Origin: Chloroflexota bacterium
Lineage (GTDB): Bacteria; Chloroflexota; Anaerolineae; Anaerolineales; UBA4823
Direction: 5' to 3'
DNA length: 61,442 nucleotides
NCBI GenBank assembly: GCA_030611505.1
Contig: JAUWPO010000001.1
Coordinates: forward strand, 1-61,442
A program made the translations under genes and the position numbers. Positions 9,575 to 19,404 of this stretch are shown here, piece after piece. Each line of letters opens with the position of its first letter. Within the stretch, counting starts at the first letter, position 1. The notes beneath the pieces are model-generated. The model had not been told where the DNA came from, made no database searches, and worked only from the letters and a program-made list of their open reading frames with translations.

Positions 9575-10292
9575 TCCATCGAGGGAGAGACTCTACCAAT
9601 TTCCCCAAAATATTACTGGTATTTTCTTCGAACACTTTTGCGTTTCCGTAAGCTTCACCACCGTTTTCCCCCACCAGATCACTGACACCGCGCAAGATCA
9701 ATAAACGCGTCTTATTGAGGACCGCAGTATGTGCAATAGCGCCAGATTCCCAATCTCCTGCAACGGCTCTGTATTTCGATTTCAGATTCTTTATATCCTC
9801 AGCTGCCAGGTCTTTATCACCCGAGACTATTAGTGTGCGATAGACTTCTAAAGGATAGTCACTCTCCAACCATGAAAGGTCAATATTGGTGGTGTAATGA
9901 CTTATATGGTCATCGTAATCGTACATCTGCTCGATAATGTCATAAACAACGGTTTTTTCCGCCATTATTATAGTTCCGGTTTCAATTTCTCCCTCGAAAC
10001 CCCCACATGTACCTAAATTAATAAGTAAGTCTGGCGAATATTTATCAATCACATATTGAGTCGAAGCTGCGGCTGAAATTTTCCCCCAACCCCCGTGAAA
10101 GAACACAAGTGGGATCGAAGACGGACCTGAATGATCGCCTAAATCAATATTCGTATATGTAAGGAACCACTCACCAAATGGAGAGGTTTCAATTTCAACA
10201 TCCGGAAATAGTTTTCGAACCTCTCGCCACTCGATGTTGGCAGATATTAGAATAACAATTTTTGGTTCTGTGGAGTTATTGGATTTCTTCAT
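9552..10292 (-). CDS. Nucleoside phosphorylase-superfamily protein (MTA/SAH nucleosidase or futalosine hydrolase-like)
   Basis: FFHGGWGKISAAASTQ, NLGTCGG, AVAGDWESGAIA and LRGVSDL resemble PNP_UDP_1/MtnN motifs. Start set at ATG 10292 (MKKSNNSTEPKIV...). This overlaps the upstream gene by 17 nt. Confidence 0.6.
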   Translation of the reverse strand: MKKSNNSTEPKIVILISANIEWREVRKLFPDVEIETSPFGEWFLTYTNIDLGDHSGPSSIPLVFFHGGWGKISAAASTQYVIDKYSPDLLINLGTCGGFEGEIETGTIIMAEKTVVYDIIEQMYDYDDHISHYTTNIDLSWLESDYPLEVYRTLIVSGDKDLAAEDIKNLKSKYRAVAGDWESGAIAHTAVLNKTRLLILRGVSDLVGENGGEAYGNAKVFEENTSNILGKLVESLPRWIMISNVF

Positions 10293-12768
10293 CAAACATC
10301 TGAAGGAACCAATATTGGAGTAAATCACCTGTGGGTTTGCCATGGATGGAGACCGAGTTATCCTGCATGGCAGCGGGAGTATAGAAGCCGCGGGATACAA
10401 ACCCAGATAACCATTCGTGTTCATTTACGGCATTTAGGATTACGTTGTATAGATCAAATTGTGATTTGAGATCTGGATCAGATGGGTATGATACTGCCAG
10501 GACAATGGGTTTCTCAGTCTCTGATTGGATAGGTTCAACTTTGGTTTCCAACCAATTCGAAATTTCTTCAGAGATCAACTGACCCTCGTTTTGATCTTCA
10601 ATTGCAATGCTTTCAGAAGGAGACCATATTACATAGATTTGATCAACAGTATCTATAAATGGCGGCAGATTATCAACTTCAGTATAGGGCAATGCCCATA
10701 AGAGCACTCCGTCAAAACGCTCTCTTACATCAGCAACTAAATCACGCCAGCGCGCCTCTGCATCTGATGGGACACCTGAGGATATCCCATCCGGAAGAGT
10801 TCCACCGGGTAAAGCTGGTGCAACCCATTCCCCACCCAGGATGAGGGCTTGAGCGTCGGACTGATCTGCTAAATCCGCATGATGCAGGATAAACTTGCTG
10901 TATTGATCGAACCATATCAACCACCAACTGTAATCTCTAGGAGCGCTCTGCCACCATTCATTAACTGGAATATTAAAACGCGTTGAGGGATAGAGGGCAA
11001 TATTCATACCTCGTTCAGTGCCTATTGCCACGGCATCCATGTTGTCAAACCAAAGAGCATCGATACCTGGAATGGGTTCGAGGACAGGTGGTTCATTTCC
11101 CGGCAGATTGCGCCCATAGGTCCACGTGGGAGAGAGGATCAGCCAATTGCTTCCGTAATCACTGATTTCTTCAAATGCGTCAGGTAGCCTAACCATCCAG
11201 GATGGGTGATACTGGGGAATTGTTTCAACTCCTGCCCAAAAATTTTCATCACGTACATTTATAGTAGTCGTAGGAATTACGGTAGCTTGAACATCAGTCC
11301 CGAAATCAACCCAGGCAGAAACCTGATCGGTTATGGTTTGGGGTTCCTGGCTGATTTCCAAAGCGCGACCTTCGCCGTAAAGACCGGGTGTGGCGATATC
11401 ATCAGCTTTGCCGCATTGTCCATTGCGACAGTAGCGATAGCTGAATTCTCCTGGCAAATTCAAAGGGCTGTAAAGGGCATATGCCCAGCGGTTCTCACCA
11501 AGGTACCACATTGGTATAGATTCTGTCCAACCGAATAATGGTTTGAACTGGATGGAGACAAAGTCACCTGATGGTGTTTCGGTTGGTACGTTTAGATCGA
11601 AGACGAGTGTTGAGGACACCCCTGAAGACCAGGTTTCAATTTCATCTTCTATCTTTATATCCTTTTCAGGAACGATAAACTGGCGTAAGCGATAATCACC
11701 AGCCATGTCATGTTCGGCATTCCAGAAGCCATCACCGAGTGTGTATTTATAGCGAATGTCTGCACCAACCGGTAAGCTTAATGTCAATTCGTAACGTCCA
11801 TCAGAGAGCGGGTTGAGGGTGGGCATTTTGGTTGCTAATGTGCTTATGCCTCCGCTTAAATTGGCAAATGTATTGCCTAACTGGTGAATATTCCCTGCAA
11901 GACGGACTGGGATCACCGGTGGAGTGTCCGGTGGAACGTTGACGATAAACGAAACGTCAACAAAATCTACCCCTGACATATTGAGAGGAGTTGGAGTGGT
12001 GGAATCAGTGGCGATTCTGGCACCTTGTTGAAAGGTTTTGTACGAGCCGTCTAACGCATAACCGATAAGATTATGAATGCCTGGAGGCAGTCCTTCAATG
12101 ACAAAAGAGCCATTCGAATCGGATATGGTTTGAGCACCTCCAGCTTGAATTAATAAATTTGGGATCCCCTGACCTGTATCGGCATCGATCGCTTCACCCA
12201 TGATTCTTCCGGTTGACCCGCTGTAAAGCGTGTCGGTCCATTGGCTTACGATGTCTTCTACAGTAGTTGGACCATTTACCTGGTAAAGACGGTATCGAAC
12301 AGGACTACTATCTGTGAAATGTTCAGCGACCTGAGCTGAACCTGCCTGGCGTTCGTAGCGATACTTAATCACTGAGCCAGTCTTAAACGGCAGGTTGATA
12401 GAATAAATTTGCTCTGAGGAGTCTGTTCCTTCTGATTGGCCTTCTTTTGCTTCCATCGGATGATACTCAGGGTTAAGTGCCAAACCGGTGACTTCATCTA
12501 GGACGCTCAAGAAGATTGTTTCCCCTGCAGGTGTATTCTCTGGCAGTTGAACCTGGAAGGTAATATTAGTTTCCTCCAGTGAGGGCTCAGGTGTGAAAGT
12601 CGGAAGTATCCCAGAATTAATTACTGTAATGTTTTGAATTAGCGAGGTCAAGGATGTTATTTCAGGGATTTCTGAAATCTCAGATATTTCCAAGTCGCAG
12701 GCTGTTAAGCTGACAGCCAATAATAGCATGCTCAATAAGACATTTTTCAAAGGTGAGTTGGGTATCAT
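10276..12768 (-). CDS. Large secreted lipoprotein with a carboxypeptidase-regulatory-like beta-sandwich and a C-terminal glycosidase-like region (function unknown)
   Basis: Start moved to ATG 12768, giving the signal peptide MIPNSPLKNVLLSMLLLAVSLTAC (lipobox). GRIMGEAIDADTGQGIPN...SDSNGSFVIEGLPPGIHNL resembles a CarboxypepD_reg fold. The rest is unassigned. Confidence 0.45.
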   Translation of the reverse strand: MIPNSPLKNVLLSMLLLAVSLTACDLEISEISEIPEITSLTSLIQNITVINSGILPTFTPEPSLEETNITFQVQLPENTPAGETIFLSVLDEVTGLALNPEYHPMEAKEGQSEGTDSSEQIYSINLPFKTGSVIKYRYERQAGSAQVAEHFTDSSPVRYRLYQVNGPTTVEDIVSQWTDTLYSGSTGRIMGEAIDADTGQGIPNLLIQAGGAQTISDSNGSFVIEGLPPGIHNLIGYALDGSYKTFQQGARIATDSTTPTPLNMSGVDFVDVSFIVNVPPDTPPVIPVRLAGNIHQLGNTFANLSGGISTLATKMPTLNPLSDGRYELTLSLPVGADIRYKYTLGDGFWNAEHDMAGDYRLRQFIVPEKDIKIEDEIETWSSGVSSTLVFDLNVPTETPSGDFVSIQFKPLFGWTESIPMWYLGENRWAYALYSPLNLPGEFSYRYCRNGQCGKADDIATPGLYGEGRALEISQEPQTITDQVSAWVDFGTDVQATVIPTTTINVRDENFWAGVETIPQYHPSWMVRLPDAFEEISDYGSNWLILSPTWTYGRNLPGNEPPVLEPIPGIDALWFDNMDAVAIGTERGMNIALYPSTRFNIPVNEWWQSAPRDYSWWLIWFDQYSKFILHHADLADQSDAQALILGGEWVAPALPGGTLPDGISSGVPSDAEARWRDLVADVRERFDGVLLWALPYTEVDNLPPFIDTVDQIYVIWSPSESIAIEDQNEGQLISEEISNWLETKVEPIQSETEKPIVLAVSYPSDPDLKSQFDLYNVILNAVNEHEWLSGFVSRGFYTPAAMQDNSVSIHGKPTGDLLQYWFLQMFDEEIQ

Positions 12769-12948
12769 ATTGTGGACCCCGATTGGATTAGTAGGAAGAT
12801 GATCACTAAAGTTTGTTTCTTCGGATGAAGATCTGGATATTGAAATATACTCCTTTGAAGGTGCAAGAAATGTTCCTGTGTAAAGATTTAAAGAATGATA
12901 GTGCAACCTGTTGAAAGTATTGCGCATAGGTGTTCGATATCTGTAATC

Positions 12949-12980
12949 AATCCCGCAATTCGTTACATGATTGCGGGATT
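12949..12980 (-). terminator. Perfect 11-bp hairpin (aatcccgcaat / attgcgggatt, 10-nt loop) downstream of the DUF35 gene; no clear U-tract
   Basis: Inverted repeat read directly. It lies 74 nt past the stop at 13054 and closes the long minus-strand gene string. Confidence 0.35.
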
Positions 12981-13053
12981 AGTAAACAGATAAAGGGACT
13001 TTATCCCCTTTGAAATTACTGCTGTTCCCCCTTGAGTTGGATAATTTAGAGTA

Positions 13054-13605
13054 TTAATTCATTTTAGGGACAAAGTAAACGTCAGTCGGTTTCAGCTGAC
13101 TATTGCGCAGGAACTTAGGTATCACCGTCATGCCTATCCAATCCAAAGAGGCATCATCCGGATTTAATCCCATCAATCGGGTAAGTAGAAGAGTATCTAC
13201 ATCCTCGAATTCAACCAGCGCCAGGACGAAAGGAGTTTCTGGCAAAAATTCCTCAGACCCGAAATGGCAGACTGTAAAAGCGTGAACTTGAGCCTGGCGG
13301 TCAGTGATGTCTATCCATTCTGTCTCAGCCCCTGAATATATGTCGTGACCGCGCGGAGTTGCGTATGTGTAACTGCTTTCAGGTTCACGATTAGCCAGCA
13401 GTTTCTTGTTACTCAGGGCAGCAAACCAGGGGCTATCCTGACCGTAGGAGTGTAAATATGTAATCTTGTAATCCTGTTCAATCTGGAGAGGGGCGAGTCG
13501 CTTGAGAAATGCCAATGATTCCGTATCGGTATCGACCGGAAAGGGAATTCCATGGACAATATATCCACCTAAGGTTTCTGCACGTTTGGAAGGTAATTTA
13601 GACAT
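13054..13605 (-). CDS. DUF35-like OB-fold protein (thiolase partner) lacking the usual Cys4 ribbon
   Basis: C-terminal pattern AQVHAFTVCHF...PFVLALVEFEDVD...IGMTVIPKF fits the DUF35 OB fold. It is adjacent to a thiolase-like gene. The protein contains only one Cys. Confidence 0.5.
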   Translation of the reverse strand: MSKLPSKRAETLGGYIVHGIPFPVDTDTESLAFLKRLAPLQIEQDYKITYLHSYGQDSPWFAALSNKKLLANREPESSYTYATPRGHDIYSGAETEWIDITDRQAQVHAFTVCHFGSEEFLPETPFVLALVEFEDVDTLLLTRLMGLNPDDASLDWIGMTVIPKFLRNSQLKPTDVYFVPKMN

Positions 13606-13704
13606 GGGGACCTCTGATTATTCTGTTGATTTTAATGATTTGTTAGTTTATCTTCATCCTTCTCCCACCGGGAGAGGGATGGAATTTGAAGAGATGTTAA
13701 TAAG

Positions 13705-15069
13705 CTAATCCTGTTTTTCTAAGATGGAAACCGTAACATAAGTACCTGTGCCGGCGTGGCTGTGTATTGCACCTCGGCGAGCGTTATTAACCTGCAAAGT
13801 ATTATCTCCGAAATGCTGCTCGATGGTTCCCTGGAGCTGCCAGATAGCGAAAACAGCCTGCATTAAACCAGTAGCGCCTACAGGATGACCGCAGGCAATT
13901 AAACCGCCGGAGGGATTAACGGGGCATTGCGGTTCTGCCGTTAGTTCGAGACCATAATCAATGTCTGGCATATATGCCTTGCCGGATTCAGCAAATGACC
14001 CACCTTCGCCGTAACGACAAAGTCCTAGATCTTCGTATGTTTGAATTTCACTTGATGTATAAGCGTCGTGTAATTCGATAAAATCTAATTCATCCAGTGG
14101 ATCGAAAATTCCTGCCATCTGGTAGGCCATATTTCCAGCGGTGCGACCTGCCCGGAATGAATGCACACCGGGGTAGCGCGTGCCGTGATCCCACAAGCGT
14201 CTGTAATATGCACGCGTTTCACCTGAATTTCGCTCTTGTTCTGTGGCGTAATTTTGGATAAAGAAATCATAATCGAAATGCGGACGATCTGACATCCGCA
14301 TTGCATCCGTACCGCGGCCAATTCCCGTCACTTCAACTAATGGACGAGGGATGGTAGCCCCTGCACCTTCCAGTCTTCGCAGTCCGTCTTCGGAAACCAG
14401 GATCGTTGCTGCGGCACCATCCGACATGACGCATATATCAAGACGTGTAAGCGGCCAGGCAACCATCACCGAATTTCTGACATCCTGGATCGTATAGCGG
14501 TTGCGTTTCTGGGCATAAGGATTATGGTATGCGTTTATGTGGTTCTTGACACTTACTGAAGCCATTTGTTCAACAGTGGTGCCAAACTCCTTCATATGGC
14601 GAGTGACCATCATGGCATAGTACCCTGAATAAAACCCACCCACAGGATAATCGAATGAAACGTCAGATGCTAGAGCAATAAATTCGTTACCTTTCCAGGT
14701 CTCGACATGGCTCATTGTCTCAAACCCGTAAGCGACGCAAATATCCATGTGACCACTCGCCACGGATTTCCAGGCTTCTTGGAAACATATACCCCCGGTA
14801 GCGCCTCCACCTTCGACACGATGACTTGGTTTGGGAATCAAGCCTAGATAATCCTGTGCCATGATAGCTGCCATCAACTGTCGGCTGAAGTGATCAGAAA
14901 AATATGAAGCGACGGAACCATCAACTAGACTGGTAAAAGTGGGAAAGTCCAATCCGATATCATTGATAGCGTAGTCGTAGGCTTCCATCACAATAGCTTG
15001 AAAATTTTTGTCCGGTCGTGCCTTAGCAAATTTTGATACTCCTCCGGAAATGGCGTACACGGGTCTCAT
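13705..15069 (-). CDS. Thiolase-fold protein (SCP-x/DUF35-associated type)
   Basis: NPSGGLIACGHPVGATGL and HSHAGTG C-terminal thiolase motifs. GGAGG precedes the ATG, and the start overlaps the tatC stop (ATGA). Confidence 0.8.
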   Translation of the reverse strand: MRPVYAISGGVSKFAKARPDKNFQAIVMEAYDYAINDIGLDFPTFTSLVDGSVASYFSDHFSRQLMAAIMAQDYLGLIPKPSHRVEGGGATGGICFQEAWKSVASGHMDICVAYGFETMSHVETWKGNEFIALASDVSFDYPVGGFYSGYYAMMVTRHMKEFGTTVEQMASVSVKNHINAYHNPYAQKRNRYTIQDVRNSVMVAWPLTRLDICVMSDGAAATILVSEDGLRRLEGAGATIPRPLVEVTGIGRGTDAMRMSDRPHFDYDFFIQNYATEQERNSGETRAYYRRLWDHGTRYPGVHSFRAGRTAGNMAYQMAGIFDPLDELDFIELHDAYTSSEIQTYEDLGLCRYGEGGSFAESGKAYMPDIDYGLELTAEPQCPVNPSGGLIACGHPVGATGLMQAVFAIWQLQGTIEQHFGDNTLQVNNARRGAIHSHAGTGTYVTVSILEKQD

Positions 15070-15995
15070 GTTTTTTCCTCCATGGATTGTGTATTCAATG
15101 ACTCTTTTTGTGTTTGATCAACTTTTCCACGTTGAGCAATTTTGGCTAAACCGATGCTCAGTATATAAAGCAGAATTAATGGTCCCATCACTAAGGCCAT
15201 ATTGACTGGATCAACAGTTGGAGTGATCAAAGCAGCGATTATTGCAATAATGACGATAGCCAGGCGCCAATGCTGGGCAAGTGTTTTTGCACTTACAAGA
15301 CCTAGGCTGGCGAGTATAAAGATCACGATTGGGAATTCAAAAGCTACCCCAAGCCAGAACATAATGTTAGTCACGAATTTAGTATAAGACGATACTCGAG
15401 GGATTGTATTTATCCCTCCAAAGTTGAGCAGAAACGGGAGTGCCGCAGGCAGCATTACAAAATATGCAAAAGCCATTCCGCCCAAGAAAAAAATCGTTGT
15501 AATGGGAATTGCAAGCAATCCATAATAGCGTGAGTTTCGTTTAAGCCCAGGGGCGATAAAGAGCCATAATTCCAGGGCAATGTAGGGGAAAGCGATAGCA
15601 ACTCCGGTTAGTAGCGAAACCCGCATTACGGTTCCAATTGGTTCAGTCACATCAATGGCTATTAGAGAATCGAAACCATTTTCGAGCGGAGCAGCTAATA
15701 TTTGCAGGATTTGGTTGTTGAAAATAAAAGACAATGCCGTCGCTATTCCTAGTACTATTACTATACGAACAAGATGCTTCCTGAGAGCATCAAAGTGAAC
15801 CAGTAGTTCCTGGGGATTCTCCATTGTTTTTGTAAGGGTATCCGGAAGGGGAGCGTCTTCCACTTCTTCGGTGAAGAAGATTTTGATTTCTTGAGACAGG
15901 TTTAATAACCAGCCGTAAATTCCCTGCCAGAGCCATAAGAAAAACCGAAAAGGTGCACTGAGAATGTGCAAGAATGTGTATAAGAACTTGCGCAT
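15066..15995 (-). CDS. tatC: Twin-arginine translocase subunit TatC
   Basis: Polytopic membrane protein with ELLVHFDALRKHLVRIV, the TatC N-terminal motif, and six hydrophobic helices. The N-terminal 57 aa are an extension; an alternative start is at 15824. Confidence 0.8.
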   Translation of the reverse strand: MRKFLYTFLHILSAPFRFFLWLWQGIYGWLLNLSQEIKIFFTEEVEDAPLPDTLTKTMENPQELLVHFDALRKHLVRIVIVLGIATALSFIFNNQILQILAAPLENGFDSLIAIDVTEPIGTVMRVSLLTGVAIAFPYIALELWLFIAPGLKRNSRYYGLLAIPITTIFFLGGMAFAYFVMLPAALPFLLNFGGINTIPRVSSYTKFVTNIMFWLGVAFEFPIVIFILASLGLVSAKTLAQHWRLAIVIIAIIAALITPTVDPVNMALVMGPLILLYILSIGLAKIAQRGKVDQTQKESLNTQSMEEKT

Positions 15996-15998
15996 GAA

Positions 15999-16436
15999 TT
16001 ATGTTAAGTCAGGATTATCGCTTGATCGATGATCGTCTTGGGAGTTCTTCTCTGGAACAGAATTTTTCCCCCCTGCTGGGTCTGATGAGGGTGGTTCAAT
16101 CGTTTGAGGGGGAGTGATCCATTCAGAAATATCTTCCTGCGCTGAGTTTTCATCCTTATCCAAATCTTCGAATTTGGATACACTGCGTAAATCACTAGTA
16201 TTGGGAAGTTGATCGTTTATGTCTTCAAGCCCTGCTTCACGAATAAGTTTAGTTGGTAGATTTCGTATTTCACGCGAAGTCTGCTGAATTGACTGCCATG
16301 AAGATGAGGTGACGATTTTCCGCAAAAACAGTCCGATTGTCTTTCCGGATTTCACCATGTCCTTCGGTCCCAGTACAATCAGTGCAATTAGCAGGATAAA
16401 TAGTAATTCGAGTGGTCCAACACCAAGAATATCCAT
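15999..16436 (-). CDS. tatA: Twin-arginine translocase TatA/TatB-family subunit
   Basis: MDILGVGPLELLFILLIALIVLGPKD: a TM helix, a GP hinge, an amphipathic helix and an acidic tail. Confidence 0.8.
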   Translation of the reverse strand: MDILGVGPLELLFILLIALIVLGPKDMVKSGKTIGLFLRKIVTSSSWQSIQQTSREIRNLPTKLIREAGLEDINDQLPNTSDLRSVSKFEDLDKDENSAQEDISEWITPPQTIEPPSSDPAGGKNSVPEKNSQDDHRSSDNPDLT

Positions 16437-16446
16437 TGGTTGGTTA

Positions 16447-16884
16447 TTACGTTTGAAATTTGATTAAAGCCTGGCAGATTTCATTCTGCTGGCTTGCCAG
16501 GCTTCCTAAAACACCATTTACAAATCGAGGTGTGCTTTCAGAGCCATACACCTTCGATAATTCAACTGCTTCATTTATGGCTACTTTTATGGGTGTTTCT
16601 TTGTATACTGCAAATTCCCAAAGAGCGATCCGTAATATATTGCGGTCAATGATCGCAACTTGATTAAGCGGCCATTCAGGTGCATGGACGGAAATGAATT
16701 TATCTAAAATCGCGACCATCGGGTAAACACCCAAGACGATCTGGCGGGCAAAGTTGGTTAATAATGGATCAAGGGATGAATTTTTGATACGCTGCTCGAT
16801 AATATCTCCTGGATCATGGTTGACCAGGTCCATCTCGAAGAGTGTTTGTAGAGCGAGCCCTCGTGCCTTAGTTCGAGGTTTCAT
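16447..16884 (-). CDS. nusB: Transcription antitermination factor NusB
   Basis: MKPRTKARGLALQTLFEMDL... and ...AINEAVELSKVYGSESTPRFVNGVLG are typical NusB. Confidence 0.9.
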   Translation of the reverse strand: MKPRTKARGLALQTLFEMDLVNHDPGDIIEQRIKNSSLDPLLTNFARQIVLGVYPMVAILDKFISVHAPEWPLNQVAIIDRNILRIALWEFAVYKETPIKVAINEAVELSKVYGSESTPRFVNGVLGSLASQQNEICQALIKFQT

Positions 16885-16920
16885 TGAGAATTTGTCTTTG
16901 GGAGGGTTCTCATCCTCAGA

Positions 16921-17331
16921 CTAAAAAGGGAAATCAATGTCTTCAACATGCACGTTGACTCGACCGATCGTCATACCAACAATATCAGATATTGCGCGTG
17001 CTACATTAAGTTGGACTTGACGACTCACTTCACGTATATTGATGTCGTTCTTCATTATGATGTAAAGATCAACGCATACGACATCATCGGTGATGTCGAT
17101 CCGAACTCCCTCACCGTATTTGCGATGAAAAAAGCGATTTACACCTGCGGGGACGGTGCTCATACAGCTCACACCTGGGACATCTAAAGTCGTCAATCTG
17201 GCAATTGTAAGCAGCACATCTGGCGCGATAGTGGTCGAGCCAGCTGATTGACGCTGAATGGGTTTCAGTTCTGGTGAGTCTAATTTATCCGATTCTGTTT
17301 CAGTGTTGAAATTGATTTTTTGTTCGTTCAA
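16921..17331 (-). CDS. Asp23/Gls24-family alkaline shock protein
   Basis: TIAPDVLLTIARLTTLDVPGV...GVRIDITDDVVCVDLYI... fits the Asp23 pattern. The asp23-nusB order matches that in Firmicutes. TTG start follows GGAGG. Confidence 0.75.
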   Translation of the reverse strand: MNEQKINFNTETESDKLDSPELKPIQRQSAGSTTIAPDVLLTIARLTTLDVPGVSCMSTVPAGVNRFFHRKYGEGVRIDITDDVVCVDLYIIMKNDINIREVSRQVQLNVARAISDIVGMTIGRVNVHVEDIDFPF

Positions 17332-17342
17332 TTTACCTCCAA

Positions 17343-18089
17343 TTACATCATCGTCATTCCGCCGTCAACGCTTAGAACTTGTCCGGTTATGTAAGCTGCT
17401 TCATCGGAAGCAAGGAAAGCTACCGCGTAGGCGATTTCATCGGGTGTTCCCATGCGACCCAAAGGAGTGATATTAAGTATCCAATCCTTAAGTTCTTCGG
17501 GTAGGTCCACGGTTAAGGCTGTGGGAATAAAGCCCGGTGCGACGGCATTAACAGTAACCTGACGGGATGCGACTTCACGAGCGAGTGCTTTTGTAAACCC
17601 AATCAATCCAGCTTTTGAAGCCGAATAATTTGTTTGACCGGCTTGACCGGCTAAACCGGAAACGGATGAGATGTTTATAATCCTGCCGAATCGCTGTTTC
17701 ATCATAGGACGGATTACGGCTTTGGAACAGCTGAAAGCCCCTTTTAGATTGACATTAAGGACCAAGTCCCAGTCTTCTTCGCTCATGCGCATGATCAAAT
17801 TGTCGCGAGTGACCCCGGCATTATTTACCAGAATATCCACACGACCAAACTGCTCTTTTACATGATCAACCATTGCTTTTGCACTCTCAAGATCGGCAAC
17901 GTCTACATACACCCCAATGGATTCTCGTCCGTTTGAGTCAGTTATCTCTTGCGCAGTAGTCTTGGCTAATTCTTCTTGAATATCTGCCACAATGATGTTG
18001 GCGCCGCGTTTTGCTAACTCCTCGGAGATTGCACGACCGATTCCTCGTGAACCACCGGTGACAATTGCAATTTTACCTTCCATGCCCAT
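17343..18089 (-). CDS. fabG: 3-oxoacyl-ACP reductase
   Basis: TGGSRGIGRA, NNAG and YSASKAG (YxxxK); 248 aa. Confidence 0.9.
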   Translation of the reverse strand: MGMEGKIAIVTGGSRGIGRAISEELAKRGANIIVADIQEELAKTTAQEITDSNGRESIGVYVDVADLESAKAMVDHVKEQFGRVDILVNNAGVTRDNLIMRMSEEDWDLVLNVNLKGAFSCSKAVIRPMMKQRFGRIINISSVSGLAGQAGQTNYSASKAGLIGFTKALAREVASRQVTVNAVAPGFIPTALTVDLPEELKDWILNITPLGRMGTPDEIAYAVAFLASDEAAYITGQVLSVDGGMTMM

Positions 18090-18212
18090 AGTAGTCTTCT
18101 CCTTTGGATTGATTTAAGAATAAAAAATGCGGTGCTCATTATACCGCGAATAAGGAATCATTACAGAGAACACAGTGACCGCTGATATAAATGTGGAAAG
18201 TTTATTATTTGA

Positions 18213-19169
18213 TTAAGTGTATTGTGAAGTGAGTTTATCAAAATCATCGGAAGCACCGAGAGGAACACCAACAACTCCGCGATCGATCCGCTTTAACAAC
18301 CCGGTGAGCACCGATCCGCTTCCTAACTCATAGAATTTTGAGACCCCGTGAGCTATCATAAATTTGACAGATTCAGTCCAAAGGACAGGGGAATTTAACT
18401 GGGCTTGAAGGTCTGATCGGATCTGAGAGGCTGTTGAAAGTGGTGAAGCGGTCACATTTCCGATAATGGGGAACACTGGGTCTGTAATGGGCGCATCTTC
18501 GACAGCTAGGTTAAAATCCGATTGAGCATGAGCCATCAGGGGAGAATGAGCAGGAATACTTACTGCCAGTTTTTTCGTGCGGCGCGCCCCCGCTTTTTGT
18601 GCGAGCTCTATTGCACGATCCAAAGCGGGAGCTGCACCAGAGATAACAACCTGTCCTGGGCAGTTATCGTTGGCTAACTGCACGATATCGTCTGGTGTGC
18701 TTGTTTCTCTGCAAATCCTTTCCACGGTTAGTAGGTCAAGACCTAAGATTGCTGCCATACCACCGGGGTTTAATTGACCGGCTTGTTTCATCAGTTCACC
18801 ACGTCTTCTCGCCAGAAATAGGGCATCCTTGTATGGAAGACATCCAGCGGCGACCAAAGCGCTCAATTCACCCATTGAATGACCGGCAACGAAAGCGGGT
18901 TTAATACTCGGAAACAGGTCTTGAAATACGAAGAGCACAGCAACAGAATGTACTAGAAGGGCAGGTTGGGTGTTAATGGTGTCATTTAATTCAGATTCCG
19001 GCCCATCCCAAGCCAGACGCGAGAGTGGATAGCGAAGCCATTCATCAGCCTGCTCAAATACATGCCGGGCTGCAGGACAAGTTGATGCCAATTCGTGACC
19101 CATTCCGAGTTTTTGAGAACCCTGACCTGGAAATAAAAAAGCAATTTGGGGACTGTTATTTGACGACAT
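18213..19169 (-). CDS. fabD: Malonyl-CoA:ACP transacylase
   Basis: FPGQGSQKLGMG and the GHSMGE nucleophile elbow. Confidence 0.9.
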   Translation of the reverse strand: MSSNNSPQIAFLFPGQGSQKLGMGHELASTCPAARHVFEQADEWLRYPLSRLAWDGPESELNDTINTQPALLVHSVAVLFVFQDLFPSIKPAFVAGHSMGELSALVAAGCLPYKDALFLARRRGELMKQAGQLNPGGMAAILGLDLLTVERICRETSTPDDIVQLANDNCPGQVVISGAAPALDRAIELAQKAGARRTKKLAVSIPAHSPLMAHAQSDFNLAVEDAPITDPVFPIIGNVTASPLSTASQIRSDLQAQLNSPVLWTESVKFMIAHGVSKFYELGSGSVLTGLLKRIDRGVVGVPLGASDDFDKLTSQYT

Positions 19170-19221
19170 GGGTGAGATTAAAATAAAAGAGCCGTGGATT
19201 TCACGGCTCGTAAGCTTATGA

Positions 19222-19404
19222 TTAATTTCCCTGGCTGATTACTTCGCGGCCCTTGTAATGACCGCAGTTCGGGCAGACTGTGTGAGGCAGCCGCATCTCA
19301 CTACAATTGCTGCATTGAACTAAATTGCGAGCACTTAATGCGTGGTGTGCGCGGCGGCGATCACGTCGTCCCGGGCTGATTTTCCTTTTTGGTAGTGGTG
19401 CCAT
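19222..19404 (-). CDS. rpmF: 50S ribosomal protein L32
   Basis: MAPLPKRKISPGRRDRRRAHHAL... with a CSNC...CPNC zinc ribbon. Confidence 0.9.
   Translation of the reverse strand: MAPLPKRKISPGRRDRRRAHHALSARNLVQCSNCSEMRLPHTVCPNCGHYKGREVISQGN

Noticed and set aside
12655-12695. Short repeated tctgaaat/tcagagat motif
   Set aside because: It encodes ISEISEIPEI just after the lipobox Cys of the lipoprotein. It is a short in-frame peptide repeat only.
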